Positions 12,901 through 27,900 of a stretch of DNA of 64,000 bases are shown here, one piece after another (the first letter of the stretch is position 1; each line of letters opens with the position of its first letter). Below the pieces are notes generated by a model. It worked only from the letters and a program-made list of their open reading frames with translations, was not told the origin of the DNA and did not search any database. The stretch is from Eledone cirrhosa (lineage: Eukaryota), in assembly GCA_964016885.1 (NCBI GenBank), contig CAXHJY010001105.1, forward strand, positions 310,001 to 374,000, in the 5' to 3' direction. A program made the translations under genes and the position numbers.

Positions 12901-15900
12901 CTTGAGCAAGAGACTTTATTTCACATTGCACTCCAGTCCACTGTGTCCTTGAGCAAGAGACTTTATTTCACATTGCACTCCAGTCCACTGTGTCCTTGAG
13001 CAAGAGACTTTATTTCACATTGCCCTCCAGTCCACTGTGTCCTTGAGCAAGAGACTTTATTTCACATTTCACTCCAGTCCACTGTGTCCTTGAGCAAGAC
13101 ACTTTATTTCACATTGCACTCCAGTCCACTGTGTCCTTGAGCAAGACACTTTAATTCACATTGCACACCAGTCCACTGTGTCCTTGAGCAAGACACTTTA
13201 TTTCACATTGCACTCCAGTCCACTGTGTCCTTGAGCAAGAGACTTTATTTCACATTGCACTCCAGTCCACTGTGTCCTTGAGCAAGACACTTTATTTCAC
13301 ATTGCACTCCAGTCCACTGTGTCCTTGAGCAAGACACTTTATTTCACATTGCACTCCAGTCCACTGTGTCCTTGAGCAAGAGACTTTATTTCACATTGCA
13401 CTCCAGTCCACTGTGTCCTTGAGCAAGAGACTTTATTTCACATTGCACTCCAGTCCACTGTGTCCTTGAGCAAGAGACTTTATTTCACATTGCACTCCAG
13501 TCCACTGTGTCCTTGAGCAAGAGACTTTATTTCACATTGCACTCCAGTCCACTGTGTCCTTGAGCAAGAGACTTTATTTCACATTGCACTCCAGTCCACT
13601 GTGTCCTTGAGCAAGAGACTTTATTTCACATTGCACTCCAGTCCACTGTGTCCTTGAGCAAGAGACTTTATTTCACATTGCACTCCAGTCCACTGTGTCC
13701 TTGAGCAAGAGACTTTATTTCACATTGCACTCCAGTCCACTGTGTCCTTGAGCAAGAGACTTTATTTCACATTGCACTCCAGTCCACTGTGTCCTTGAGC
13801 AAGACACTTTATTTCACATGGCACTCCAGTCCACTGTGTCCTTGAGCAAGAGACTTTATTTCACATTGCACTCCAGTCCACTGTGTCCTTGAGCAACAGA
13901 CTTTATTTCACATTGCAATCCAGTCCACTGTGTCCTTGAGCAAGAGACTTTATTTCACATTGCACTCCAGTCCACTGTGTCCTTGAGCAAGACACTTTAT
14001 TTCACATTGCACTCCAGTCCACTGTGTCCTTGAGCAAGACACTTTATTTCACATTGCACTCCAGTCCACTGTGTCCTTGAGCAAGACACTTTATTTCACA
14101 TTGCACTCCAGTCCACTGTGTCCTTGAGCAAGAGACTTTATTTCACATTGCACTCCAGTCCACTGTGTCCTTGAGCAAGAGACTTTATTTCACATTTCAC
14201 TCCAGTCCACTGTGTCCTTGAGCAAGACACTTTATTTCACATTGCACTCCAGTCCACTGTGTCCTTGAGCAAGAGACTTTATTTCACATTGCACTCCAGT
14301 CCACTGTGTCCTTGAGCAAGAGACTTTATTTCACATTGCACTCCAGTCCACTGTGTCCTTGAGCAAGACACTTTATTTCACATTGCACTCCAGTCCACTG
14401 TGTCCTTGAGCAAGAGACTTTATTTCACATTGCACTCCAGTCCACTGTGTCCTTGAGCAAGAGACTTTATTTCACATTGCACTCCAGTCCACTGTGTCCT
14501 TGAGCAAGACACTTTATTTCACATTGCACTCCAGTCCACTGTGTCCTTGAGCAAGAGACTTTATTTCACATTGCACTCCAGTCCACTGTGTCCTTGAGCA
14601 AGAGACTTTATTTCACATTGCACTCCAGTCCACTGTGTCCTTGAGCAAGAGACTTTATTTCACATTGCACTCCAGTCCACTGTGTCCTTGAGCAAGAGAC
14701 TTTATTTCACATTGCACTCCAGTCCACTGTGTCCTTGAGCAAGAGACTTTATTTCACATTGCACTCCAGTCCACTGTGTCCTTGAGCAAGAGACTTTATT
14801 TCACATTGCACTCCAGTCCACTGTGTCCTTGAGCAAGAGACTTTATTTCACATTGCACTCCAGTCCACTGTGTCCTTGAGCAAGAGACTTTATTTCACAT
14901 TGCACTCCAGTCCACTGTGTCCTTGAGCAAGAGACTTTATTTCACATTGCACTCCAGTCCACTGTGTCCTTGAGCAAGACACTTTATTTCACATTGCACT
15001 CCAGTCCACTGTGTCCTTGAGCAAGACACTTTATTTCACATTGCACTCCAGTCCACTGTGTCCTTGAGCAAGAGACTTTATTTCACATTGCACTCCAGTC
15101 CACTGTGTCCTTGAGCAAGACACTTTATTTCACATTGCACTCCAGTCCACTGTGTCCTTGAGCAAGACACTTTATTTCACATTGCACTCCAGTCCACTGT
15201 GTCCTTGAGCAAGAGACTTTATTTCACATTGCACTCCAGTCCACTGTGTCCTTGAGCAAGACACTTTATTTCACATTGCACTCCAGTCCACTGTGTCCTT
15301 GAGCAAGAGACTTTATTTCACATTGCACTCCAGTCCACTGTGTCCTTGAGCAAGACACTTTATTTCACATTGCACTCCAGTCCACTGTGTCCTTGAGCAA
15401 GACACTTTATTTCACATTGCACTCCAGTCCACTGTGTCCTTGAGCAAGAGACTTTATTTCACATTGCACTCCAGTCCACTGTGTCCTTGAGCAAGACACT
15501 TTATTTCACATTGCACTCCAGTCCACTGTGTCCTTGAGCAAGACACTTTATTTCACATTGAACTCCAGTCCACTGTGTCCTTGAGCAAGAGACTTTATTT
15601 CACATTGCACTCCAGTCCACTGTGTCCTTGAGCAAGAGACTTTATTTCACATTGCACTCCAGTCCACTGTGTCCTTGAGCAAGACACTTTATTTCACATT
15701 GCACTCCAGTCCACTGTGTCCTTGAGCAAGAGACTTTATTTCACATTGCACTCCAGTCCACTGTGTCCTTGAGGAAGAGACTTTATTTCACATTGCACTC
15801 CAGTCCACTGTGTCCTTGAGCAAGAGACTTTATTTCACATTGCACTCCCGTCCACTGTGTCCTTGAGCAAGAGACTTTATTTCAATTGCACTCCAGTCCA

Positions 15901-18900
15901 CTGTGTCCTTGAGCAAGAGACTTTATTTCACATTGCACTCCAGTCCATTGTGTCCTTGAGCAAGAGACTTTATTTCACATTGCACTCCAGTCCACTGTGT
16001 CCTTGAGCAAGAGACTTTATTTCACATTGCACTCCAGTCCACTGTGTCCTTGAGCAAGAGACTTTATTTCACATTGCACTCCAGTCCACTGTGTCCTTGA
16101 GCAAGACACTTTATGCCACATTGCACTCCAGTCCACTGTGTCCTTGACCAAGACACTTTATTTCACATTGCACTCCAGTCCACTGTGTCCTTGAGCAAGA
16201 GACTTTATTTCACATTGCACTCCAGTCCACTGTGTCCTTGAGCAAGACACTTCATTTCACATTGCACTCCAGTCCACTGTGTCCTTGAGCAAGACACTTT
16301 ATTTCACATTGCACTCCAGTCCACTGTGTCCTGGAGCAAGAGAATTTATTTCACATTGCACTCCAGTCCACTGTGTCCTTGAGCAAGAGACTTTATTTCA
16401 CATTGCACTCCAGTCCACTGTGTCCTTCAGCAAGACACTTTATTTCACATTGCACTCCAGTCCACTGTGTCCTTGAGCAAGACACTTTATTTCACATTGC
16501 ACTCCAGTCCACTGTGTCCTTCAGCAAGAGACTTTATTTCACATTGCACTCCAGTCCACTGTGTCCTTGAGCAAGAGACTTTATTTCACATTGCACTCCA
16601 GTCCACTGTGTCCTTGAGCAAGAGACTTTATTTCACAATGCACTCCACTCCACTGTGTCCTTGAGCAAGATACGTTATTTCACATTGCACTTCAGTCCAC
16701 TGTGTCCTTGAGCAAGATACGTTGTTTCACATTGCACTCCAGTCCACTGTGTCCTTGAGCAAGATAATTTATTTCACATTGCACTCCAGTACACTGTGTC
16801 CTTGAGCAAGACATTTTATTTCACATTGCACTCCAGTCCACTGTGTCCTTGAGCAAGATACGTTGTTTCACATTGCACTCCAGTCCACTGTGTCCTTGAG
16901 CAAGATAATTTATTTCACATTGCACTCCAGTCCACTGTGTCCTTGAGCAAGACATTTTATTTCACATTGCACTCCAGTCCACTGTGTCCTTGAGCAAGAT
17001 ACGTTATTTCACATTGCACTTCAGTCCACTGTGTCCTTGAGCAAGATACGTTATTTCACATTGCACTCCAGTCCACTGTGTCCTTGAGCAAGACACTTTA
17101 TTTCACATTGCACTCCAGTCCACTGTGTCCTTGAGCAAGACACTTTATTTCACATTGCACTTCAGTCCACTGTGTCCTTGAGCAAGACACTTTATTTCAC
17201 ATTGCACTCCAGTCCACTGTGTCCTTGAGCAAGAGACTTTATTTCACATTGCACTCCAGTCCACTGTGTCCTTGAGCAAGACACTTTATTTCACATTGCA
17301 CTCCAGTCCACTGTGTCCTTGAGCAAGAGACTTTATTTCACATTGCACTCCAGTCCACTGTGTCCTTGAGCAAGACACTTTATTTCACATTGCACTCCAG
17401 TCCACTGTGTCCTTGAGCAAGACACTTTATTTCACATTGCACTCCAGTCCACTGTGTCCTTGAGCAAGAGACTTTATTTCACATTGCACTCCAGTCCACT
17501 GTGTCCTTGAGCAAGAGACTTTATTTCACATTGCACTCCAGTCCACTGTGTCCTTGAGCAAGACACTTTATTTCACATTGAACTCCAGTCCACTGTGTCC
17601 TTGAGCAAGAGACTTTATTTCACATTGCACTCCAGTCCACTGTGTCCTTGAGCAAGAGACTTTATTTCACATTGCACTCCAGTCCACTGTGTCCTTGAGC
17701 AAGACACTTTATTTCACATTGCACTCCAGTCCACTGTGTCCTTGAGCAAGAGACTTTATTTCACATTGCACTCCAGTCCACTGTGTCCTTGAGGAAGAGA
17801 CTTTATTTCACATTGCACTCCAGTCCACTGTGTCCTTGAGCAAGAGACTTTATTTCACATTGCACTCCCGTCCACTGTGTCCTTGAGCAAGAGACTTTAT
17901 TTCAATTGCACTCCAGTCCACTGTGTCCTTGAGCAAGAGACTTTATTTCACATTGCACTCCAGTCCATTGTGTCCTTGAGCAAGAGACTTTATTTCACAT
18001 TGCACTCCAGTCCACTGTGTCCTTGAGCAAGAGACTTTATTTCACATTGCACTCCAGTCCACTGTGTCCTTGAGCAAGAGACTTTATTTCACATTGCACT
18101 CCAGTCCACTGTGTCCTTGAGCAAGACACTTTATGCCACATTGCACTCCAGTCCACTGTGTCCTTGACCAAGACACTTTATTTCACATTGCACTCCAGTC
18201 CACTGTGTCCTTGAGCAAGAGACTTTATTTCACATTGCACTCCAGTCCACTGTGTCCTTGAGCAAGACACTTCATTTCACATTGCACTCCAGTCCACTGT
18301 GTCCTTGAGCAAGACACTTTATTTCACATTGCACTCCAGTCCACTGTGTCCTGGAGCAAGAGACTTTATTTCACATTGCACTCCAGTCCACTGTGTCCTT
18401 GAGCAAGAGACTTTATTTCACATTGCACTCCAGTCCACTGTGTCCTTCAGCAAGACACTTTATTTCACATTGCACTCCAGTCCACTGTGTCCTTGAGCAA
18501 GACACTTTATTTCACATTGCACTCCAGTCCACTGTGTCCTTCAGCAAGAGACTTTATTTCACATTGCACTCCAGTCCACTGTGTCCTTGAGCAAGAGACT
18601 TTATTTCACATTGCACTCCAGTCCACTGTGTCCTTGAGCAAGAGACTTTATTTCACAATGCACTCCACTCCACTGTGTCCTTGAGCAAGATACGTTATTT
18701 CACATTGCACTTCAGTCCACTGTGTCCTTGAGCAAGATACGTTGTTTCACATTACACTCCAGTCCACTGTGTCCTTGAGCAAGATAATTTATTTCACATT
18801 GCACTCCAGTCCACTGTGTCCTTGAGCAAGACATTTTATTTCACATTGCACTCCAGTCCACTGTGTCCTTGAGCAAGATACGTTATTTCACATTGCACTT

Positions 18901-21900
18901 CAGTCCACTGTGTCCTTGAGCAAGATACGTTATTTCACATTGCACTCCAGTCCACTGTGTCCTTGAGCAAGACACTTTATTTCACATTGCACTCCAGTCC
19001 ACTGTGTCCTTGAGCAAGACACTTTATTTCACATTGCACTTCAGTCCACTGTGTCCTTGAGCAAGACACTTTATTTCACATTGCACTCCAGTCCACTGTG
19101 TCCTTGAGCAAGACACTTTATTACACATTGCACTCTAGTCCACTGTGTCCTTGAGCAAGATACTTTATTTCACATTGCACTCCAGTCCACTGTGTCCTTG
19201 AGCAAGAGACTTTATTTCACATTGCACTCCAGTCCACTGTGTCCTTGAGCAAGAGTCTTTATTTCACATTGCGCTCCAGTCCACTGTGTCCTTGAGCAAG
19301 AGACTTTATTTCACATTGCACTCCAGTCCACTGTGTCCTTGAGCAAGACATTTTATTTCACATTGCACTCCAGTCCACTGTGTCCTTGAACAAGATACTT
19401 TATTTCCCATTGCACTCCAGTCCAGTGTCCTTGAGCAATACATTTTATTTCACATTGCACTCCAGTACACTGTGTCCTTGAGCAAGACACTTTATTTCAC
19501 ATTGCACTCCAGTCCACTGTGTCCTTGAGCAAGAGACTTTATTTCACATTGCACTCCAGTCCACTGTGTCCTTGAGCAAGAGACTTTATTTCACATTGCA
19601 CTCCAGTACACTGTGTCCTTGAGCAAGAGACTTTATTACACATTGCACTCCAGTCCACTGTGTCCTTGAGCAAGATACGTTATTTCATATTGCACTCCAC
19701 TCCACTGTCCTTGAGCAAGATACTTTATTTCACATTGCACTCCAGTCCACTGTGTCCTTGAGCAAGATACGTTATTTCACATTGCACTCCAGTCCACTGT
19801 GTCCTTGAGCAAGATACGTTATTTCACATTGCACTCCACTCCACTGTGTCCTTGAGCAAGACACTTTATTTCACATTGCACTCCAGTCCACTGTGTCCTT
19901 GAGCAAGACACTTTATTTCACATTGCACTCCAGTCCACTGTGTCCTTGAGCAAGAGACTTTATTTCACATTGCACTCCAGTCCACTGTGTCCTTGAGCAA
20001 GACATTTTATTTCACATTGCACTTCAGTCCACTTTGTCCTTGAGCAAGATACGTTATTTCACATTGCACTCCACACCACTGTGTCCTTGAGCAAGAGACT
20101 TTATTTCACATTGCACTCCAGTCCATTGTGTCCTTGAGCAAGAGACTTTATTTCACATTGCACTCCAGTCCACTGTGTCCTTGAGCAAGAGACTTTATTT
20201 CACATTGCACTCCAGTCCACTGTGTCCTTGAGCAAGAGACTTTATTTCACATTGCACTCCAGTCCACTGTGTCCTTGAGCAAGACACTTTATGCCACATT
20301 GCACTCCAGTCCACTGTGTCCTTGACCAAGACACTTTATTTCACATTGCACTCCAGTCCACTGTGTCCTTGAGCAAGAGACTTTATTTCACATTGCACTC
20401 CAGTCCACTGTGTCCTTGAGCAAGACACTTCATTTCACATTGCACTCCAGTCCACTGTGTCCTTGAGCAAGACACTTTATTTCACATTGCACTCCAGTCC
20501 ACTGTGTCCTGGAGCAAGAGACTTTATTTCACATTGCACTCCAGTCCACTGTGTCCTTGAGCAAGAGACTTTATTTCACATTGCACTCCAGTCCACTGTG
20601 TCCTTCAGCAAGACACTTTATTTCACATTGCACTCCAGTCCACTGTGTCCTTGAGCAAGACACTTTATTTCACATTGCACTCCAGTCCACTGTGTCCTTC
20701 AGCAAGAGACTTTATTTCACATTGCACTCCAGTCCACTGTGTCCTTGAGCAAGAGACTTTATTTCACATTGCACTCCAGTCCACTGTGTCCTTGAGCAAG
20801 AGACTTTATTTCACAATGCACTCCACTCCACTGTGTCCTTGAGCAAGATACGTTATTTCACATTGCACTTCAGTCCACTGTGTCCTTGAGCAAGATACGT
20901 TGTTTCACATTGCACTCCAGTCCACTGTGTCCTTGAGCAAGATAATTTATTTCACATTGCACTCCAGTCCACTGTGTCCTTGAGCAAGACATTTTATTTC
21001 ACATTGCACTCCAGTCCACTGTGTCCTTGAGCAAGATACGTTATTTCACATTGCACTTCAGTCCACTGTGTCCTTGAGCAAGATACGTTATTTCACATTG
21101 CACTCCAGTCCACTGTGTCCTTGAGCAAGACACTTTATTTCACATTGCACTCCAGTCCACTGTGTCCTTGAGCAAGACACTTTATTTCACATTGCACTTC
21201 AGTCCACTGTGTCCTTGAGCAAGACACTTTATTTCACATTGCACTCCAGTCCACTGTGTCCTTGAGCAAGACACTTTATTACACATTGCACTCTAGTCCA
21301 CTGTGTCCTTGAGCAAGATACTTTATTTCACATTGCACTCCAGTCCACTGTGTCCTTGAGCAAGAGACTTTATTTCACATTGCACTCCAGTCCACTGTGT
21401 CCTTGAGCAAGAGTCTTTATTTCACATTGCGCTCCAGTCCACTGTGTCCTTGAGCAAGAGACTTTATTTCACATTGCACTCCAGTCCACTGTGTCCTTGA
21501 GCAAGACATTTTATTTCACATTGCACTCCAGTCCACTGTGTCCTTGAACAAGATACTTTATTTCCCATTGCACTCCAGTCCAGTGTCCTTGAGCAATACA
21601 TTTTATTTCACATTGCACTCCAGTACACTGTGTCCTTGATCAAGACACTTTATTTCACATTGCACTCCAGTCCACTGTGTCCTTGAGCAAGAGACTTTAT
21701 TTCACATTGCACTCCAGTCCACTGTGTCCTTGAGCAAGAGACTTTATTTCACATTGCACTCCAGTACACTGTGTCCTTGAGCAAGAGACTTTATTACACA
21801 TTGCACTCCAGTCCACTGTGTCCTTGAGCAAGATACGTTATTTCATATTGCACTCCACTCCACTGTCCTTGAGCAAGATACTTTATTTCACATTGCACTC

Positions 21901-24900
21901 CAGTCCACTGTGTCCTTGAGCAAGATACGTTATTTCACATTGCACTCCAGTCCACTGTGTCCTTGAGCAAGATACGTTATTTCACATTGCACTCCACTCC
22001 ACTGTGTCCTTGAGCAAGACACTTTATTTCACATTGCACTCCAGTCCACTGTGTCCTTGAGCAAGACACTTTATTTCACATTGCACTCCAGTCCACTGTG
22101 TCCTTGAGCAAGAGACTTTATTTCACATTGCACTCCAGTCCACTGTGTCCTTGAGCAAGACATTTTATTTCACTTTGCACTTCAGTCCACTTTGTCCTTG
22201 AGCAAAACACTTTATTTCACATTGCACTCCACACCACTGTGTCCTTGAGCAAGATACTTTATTTCACATTGCACTCCAGTCCACTGTGTCCTTGAGCAAG
22301 ATACGTTATTTCACATTGCACTCCAGTCCACTGTGTCCTTGAGCAAGATACGTTATTTCACAGTGCACTCCAGTCCACTGTGTCCTTGAGCAAGATAATT
22401 TATTTCACATTGCACTCCAGTCCACTGTGTCCTTGAGCAAGACATTTTATTTCACATTGCACTCCAGTCCACTGTGTCCTTGAGCAAGATACTTTATTTC
22501 ACATTGCACTCCAGTCCACTGTGTCCTTGAGCAAGACATTTTATTTTACATTGCACTCCAGTCCACTGTGTCCTTGAACAATACATTTTATTTCACATTG
22601 CACTCCAGACCACTGTGTCCTTGAGCAAGACACTTTATTTCACATTGCACTCCAGTCCACTGTGTCCTTGAGCAAGACACTTTATTTCACATTGCACTCC
22701 AGTCCACTGTGTCCTTGAGCAAGAGACTTTATTTCACATTGCACTCTAGTCCACTGTGTCCTTGAGCAAAACACTTTATTTCACATTGCACTCCAGTCAA
22801 CTGTATACTTGAGCAAGATACTTTATTTCAAATTACACTCCAGTCCACTGTGTCCTTGAGCAAGACGTTTTATTTCACATTGCACTCCACTCCACTGTGT
22901 CCTTGAGCAAGATACTTTATTTCACATTGCACTCCACTCCACTGTGTCCTTGAACAAGATACGTTATTTCACATTGCACTCCAGTCCACTGTGTGCTTGA
23001 GCAAGATAATTTATTTCACATTGCACTCCAGTCCACTGTGTCCTTGAGCAAAACACTTTATTTCACATTGCACTCCAGTCCACTGTGTCCTTGAGCAAGA
23101 TAATTTATTTCACATTGCACTCCAGTCCACTGTGTCCTTGAGCAAGACATTTTATTTCACATTGCACTCCAGTCCACTGTGTCCTTGAGCAAGATACGTT
23201 ATTTCACATTGCACTTCAGTCCACTGTGTCCTTGAGCAAGATACGTTATTTCACATTGCACTCCAGTCCACTGTGTCCTTGAGCAAGACACTTTATTTCA
23301 CATTGCACTCCAGTCCACTGTGTCCTTGAGCAAGACACTTTATTTCACATTGCACTTCAGTCCACTGTGTCCTTGAGCAAGACACTTTATTTCACATTGC
23401 ACTCCAGTCCACTGTGTCCTTGAGCAAGACACTTTATTACACATTGCACTCTAGTCCACTGTGTCCTTGAGCAAGATACTTTATTTCACATTGCACTCCA
23501 GTCCACTGTGTCCTTGAGCAAGAGACTTTATTTCACATTGCACTCCAGTCCACTGTGTCCTTGAGCAAGAGTCTTTATTTCACATTGCGCTCCAGTCCAC
23601 TGTGTCCTTGAGCAAGAGACTTTATTTCACATTGCACTCCAGTCCACTGTGTCCTTGAGCAAGACATTTTATTTCACATTGCACTCCAGTCCACTGTGTC
23701 CTTGAACAAGATACTTTATTTCCCATTGCACTCCAGTCCAGTGTCCTTGAGCAATACATTTTATTTCACATTGCACTCCAGTACACTGTGTCCTTGAGCA
23801 AGACACTTTATTTCACATTGCACTCCAGTCCACTGTGTCCTTGAGCAAGAGACTTTATTTCACATTGCACTCCAGTCCACTGTGTCCTTGAGCAAGAGAC
23901 TTTATTTCACATTGCACTCCAGTACACTGTGTCCTTGAGCAAGAGACTTTATTACACATTGCACTCCAGTCCACTGTGTCCTTGAGCAAGATACGTTATT
24001 TCATATTGCACTCCACTCCACTGTCCTTGAGCAAGATACTTTATTTCACATTGCACTCCAGTCCACTGTGTCCTTGAGCAAGATACGTTATTTCACATTG
24101 CACTCCAGTCCACTGTGTCCTTGAGCAAGATACGTTATTTCACATTGCACTCCACTCCACTGTGTCCTTGAGCAAGACACTTTATTTCACATTGCACTCC
24201 AGTCCACTGTGTCCTTGAGCAAGACACTTTATTTCACATTGCACTCCAGTCCACTGTGTCCTTGAGCAAGAGACTTTATTTCACATTGCACTCCAGTCCA
24301 CTGTGTCCTTGAGCAAGACATTTTATTTCACATTGCACTTCAGTCCACTTTGTCCTTGAGCAAGATACGTTATTTCACATTGCACTCCACACCACTGTGT
24401 CCTTGAGCAAGATACTTTATTTCACATTGCACTCCAGTCCACTGTGTCCTTGAGCAAGATACGTTATTTCACATTGCACTCCAGTCCACTGTGTCCTTGA
24501 GCAAGATACGTTATTTCACAGTGCACTCCAGTCCACTGTGTCCTTGAGCAAGATAATTTATTTCACATTGCACTCCAGTCCACTGTGTCCTTGAGCAAGA
24601 CATTTTATTTCACATTGCACTCCAGTCCACTGTGTCCTTGAGCAAGATACTTTATTTCACATTGCACTCCAGTCCACTGTGTCCTTGAGCAAGACATTTT
24701 ATTTTACATTGCACTCCAGTCCACTGTGTCCTTGAACAATACATTTTATTTCACATTGCACTCCAGACCACTGTGTCCTTGAGCAAGACACTTTATTTCA
24801 CATTGCACTCCAGTCCACTGTGTCCTTGAGCAAGACACTTTATTTCACATTGCACTCCAGTCCACTGTGTCCTTGAGCAAGAGACTTTATTTCACATTGC

Positions 24901-27900
24901 ACTCTAGTCCACTGTGTCCTTGAGCAAAACACTTTATTTCACATTGCACTCCAGTCAACTGTATACTTGAGCAAGATACTTTATTTCAAATTACACTCCA
25001 GTCCACTGTGTCCTTGAGCAAGACGTTTTATTTCACATTGCACTCCACTCCACTGTGTCCTTGAGCAAGATACTTTATTTCACATTGCACTCCACTCCAC
25101 TGTGTCCTTGAGCAAGATACGTTATTTCACATTGCACTCCAGTCCACTGTGTGCTTGAGCAAGATAATTTATTTCACATTGCACTCCAGTCCACTGTGTC
25201 CTTGAGCAAAACACTTTATTTCACATTGCACTCCAGTCCACTGTATCCTTGAGCAAGATACTTTATTTCAAATTGCACTCCAGTCCACTGTGTCCTTGAG
25301 CAAGACATTTTATTTCACATTGCACTCCACTCCACTGTGTCCTTGAGCAAGATACTTTATTTCACAATGCACTCCACTCCACTGTGTCCTTGAGCAAGAT
25401 ACGTTATTTCACATTGCACTTCAGTCCACTGTGTCCTTGAGCAAGATACGTTGTTTCACATTGCACTCCAGTCCACTGTGTCCTTGAGCAAGATAATTTA
25501 TTTCACATTGCACTCCAGTTCACTGTGTCCTTGAGCAAGACATTTTATTTCACATTGCACTCCAGTCCACTGTGTCCTTGAGCAAGATACGTTATTTCAC
25601 ATTGCACTTCAGTCCACTGTGTCCTTGAGCAAGATACGTTATTTCACATTGCACTCCAGTCCACTGTGTCCTTGAGCAAGACACTTTATTTCACATTGCA
25701 CTTCAGTCCACTGTGTCCTTGAGCAAGACACTTTATTTCACATTGCACTTCAGTCCACTGTGTCCTTGAGCAAGACACTTTATTTCACATTGCACTCCAG
25801 TCCACTGTGTCCTTGAGCAAGACACTTTATTACACATTGCACTCTAGTCCACTGTGTCCTTGAGCAAGATACTTTATTTCACATTGCACTCCAGTCCACT
25901 GTGTCCTTGAGCAAGAGACTTTATTTCACATTGCACTCCAGTCCACTGTGTCCTTGAGCAAGAGTCTTTATTTCACATTGCGCTCCAGTCCACTGTGTCC
26001 TTGAGCAAGAGACTTTATTTCACATTGCACTCCAGTCCACTGTGTCCTTGAGCAAGACATTTTATTTCACATTGCACTCCAGTCCACTGTGTCCTTGAAC
26101 AAGATACTTTATTTCCCATTGCACTCCAGTCCAGTGTCCTTGAGCAATACATTTTATTTCACATTGCACTCCAGTCCACTGTGTCCTTGAGCAAGACACT
26201 TTATTTCACATTGCACTCCAGTCCACTGTGTCCTTGAGCAAGAGACTTTATTTCACATTGCACTCCAGTCCACTGTGTCCTTGTGCAAGAGACTTTATTT
26301 CACATTGCACTCCAGTCCACTGTGTCCTTGAGCAAGAGACTTTATTACACATTGCACTCCAGTCCACTGTGTCCTTGAGCAAGATACGTTATTTCATATT
26401 GCACTCCACTCCACTGTCCTTGAGCAAGATACTTTATTTCACATTGCACTCCAGTCCACTGTGTCCTTGAGCAAGATACGTTATTTCACATTGCACTCCA
26501 GTCCACTGTGTCCTTGAGCAAGATACGTTATTTCACATTGCACTCCACTCCACTGTGTCCTTGAGCAAGATACTTTATTTCACATTGCACTCCAGTCCAC
26601 TGTGTCCTTGAGCAAGACACTTTATTTCACATTGCACTCCAGTCCACTGTGTCCTTGAGCAAGAGACTTTATTTCACATTGCACTCCAGTCCACTGTGTC
26701 CTTGAGCAAGACATTTTATTTCACATTGCACTTCAGTCCACTTTGTCCTTGAGCAAGATACGTTATTTCACATTGCACTCCACACCACTGTGTCCTTGAG
26801 CAAGATACTTTATTTCACATTGCACTCCAGTCCACTGTGTCCTTGAGCAAGATACGTTATTTCACATTGCACTCCAGTCCACTGTGTCCTTGAGCAAGAT
26901 ACGTTATTTCACAGTGCACTCCAGTCCACTGTGTCCTTGAGCAAGATAATTTATTTCACATTGCACTCCAGTCCACTGTGTCCTTGAGCAAGACATTTTA
27001 TTTCACATTGCACTCCAGTCCACTGTGTCCTTGAGCAAGATACTTTATTTCACATTGCACTCCAGTCCACTGTGTCCTTGAGCAAGACATTTTATTTTAC
27101 ATTGCACTCCAGTCCACTGTGTCCTTGAACAATACATTTTATTTCACATTGCACTCCAGTCCACTGTGTCCTTGAGCAAGACACTTTATTTCACATTGCA
27201 CTCCAGTCCACTGTGTCCTTGAGCAAGACACTTTATTTCACATTGCACTCCAGTCCACTGTGTCCTTGAGCAAGAGACTTTATTTCACATTGCACTCTAG
27301 TCCACTGTGTCCTTGAGCAAAACACTTTATTTCACATTGCACTCCAGTCAACTGTATACTTGAGCAAGATACTTTATTTCAAATTGCACTCCAGTCCACT
27401 GTGTCCTTGAGCAAGACATTTTATTTCACATTGCACTCCACTCCACTGTGTCCTTGAGCAAGATACTTTATTTCACATTGCACTCCACTCCACTGTGTCC
27501 TTGAGCAAGATACGTTATTTCACATTGCACTCCAGTCCACTGTGTGCTTGAGCAAGATAATTTATTTCACATTGCACTCCAGTCCACTGTGTCCTTGAGC
27601 AAAACACTTTATTTCACATTGCACTCCAGTCCACTGTATCCTTGAGCAAGATACTTTATTTCAAATTGCACTCCAGTCCACTGTGTCCTTGAGCAAGACA
27701 TTTTATTTCACATTGCACTCCACTCCACTGTGTCCTTGAGCAAGATACTTTATTTCACAATGCACTCCACTCCACTGTGTCCTTGAGCAAGATACGTTAT
27801 TTCACATTGCACTTCAGTCCACTGTGTCCTTGAGCAAGATACGTTGTTTCACATTGCACTCCAGTCCACTGTGTCCTTGAGCAAGATAATTTATTTCACA

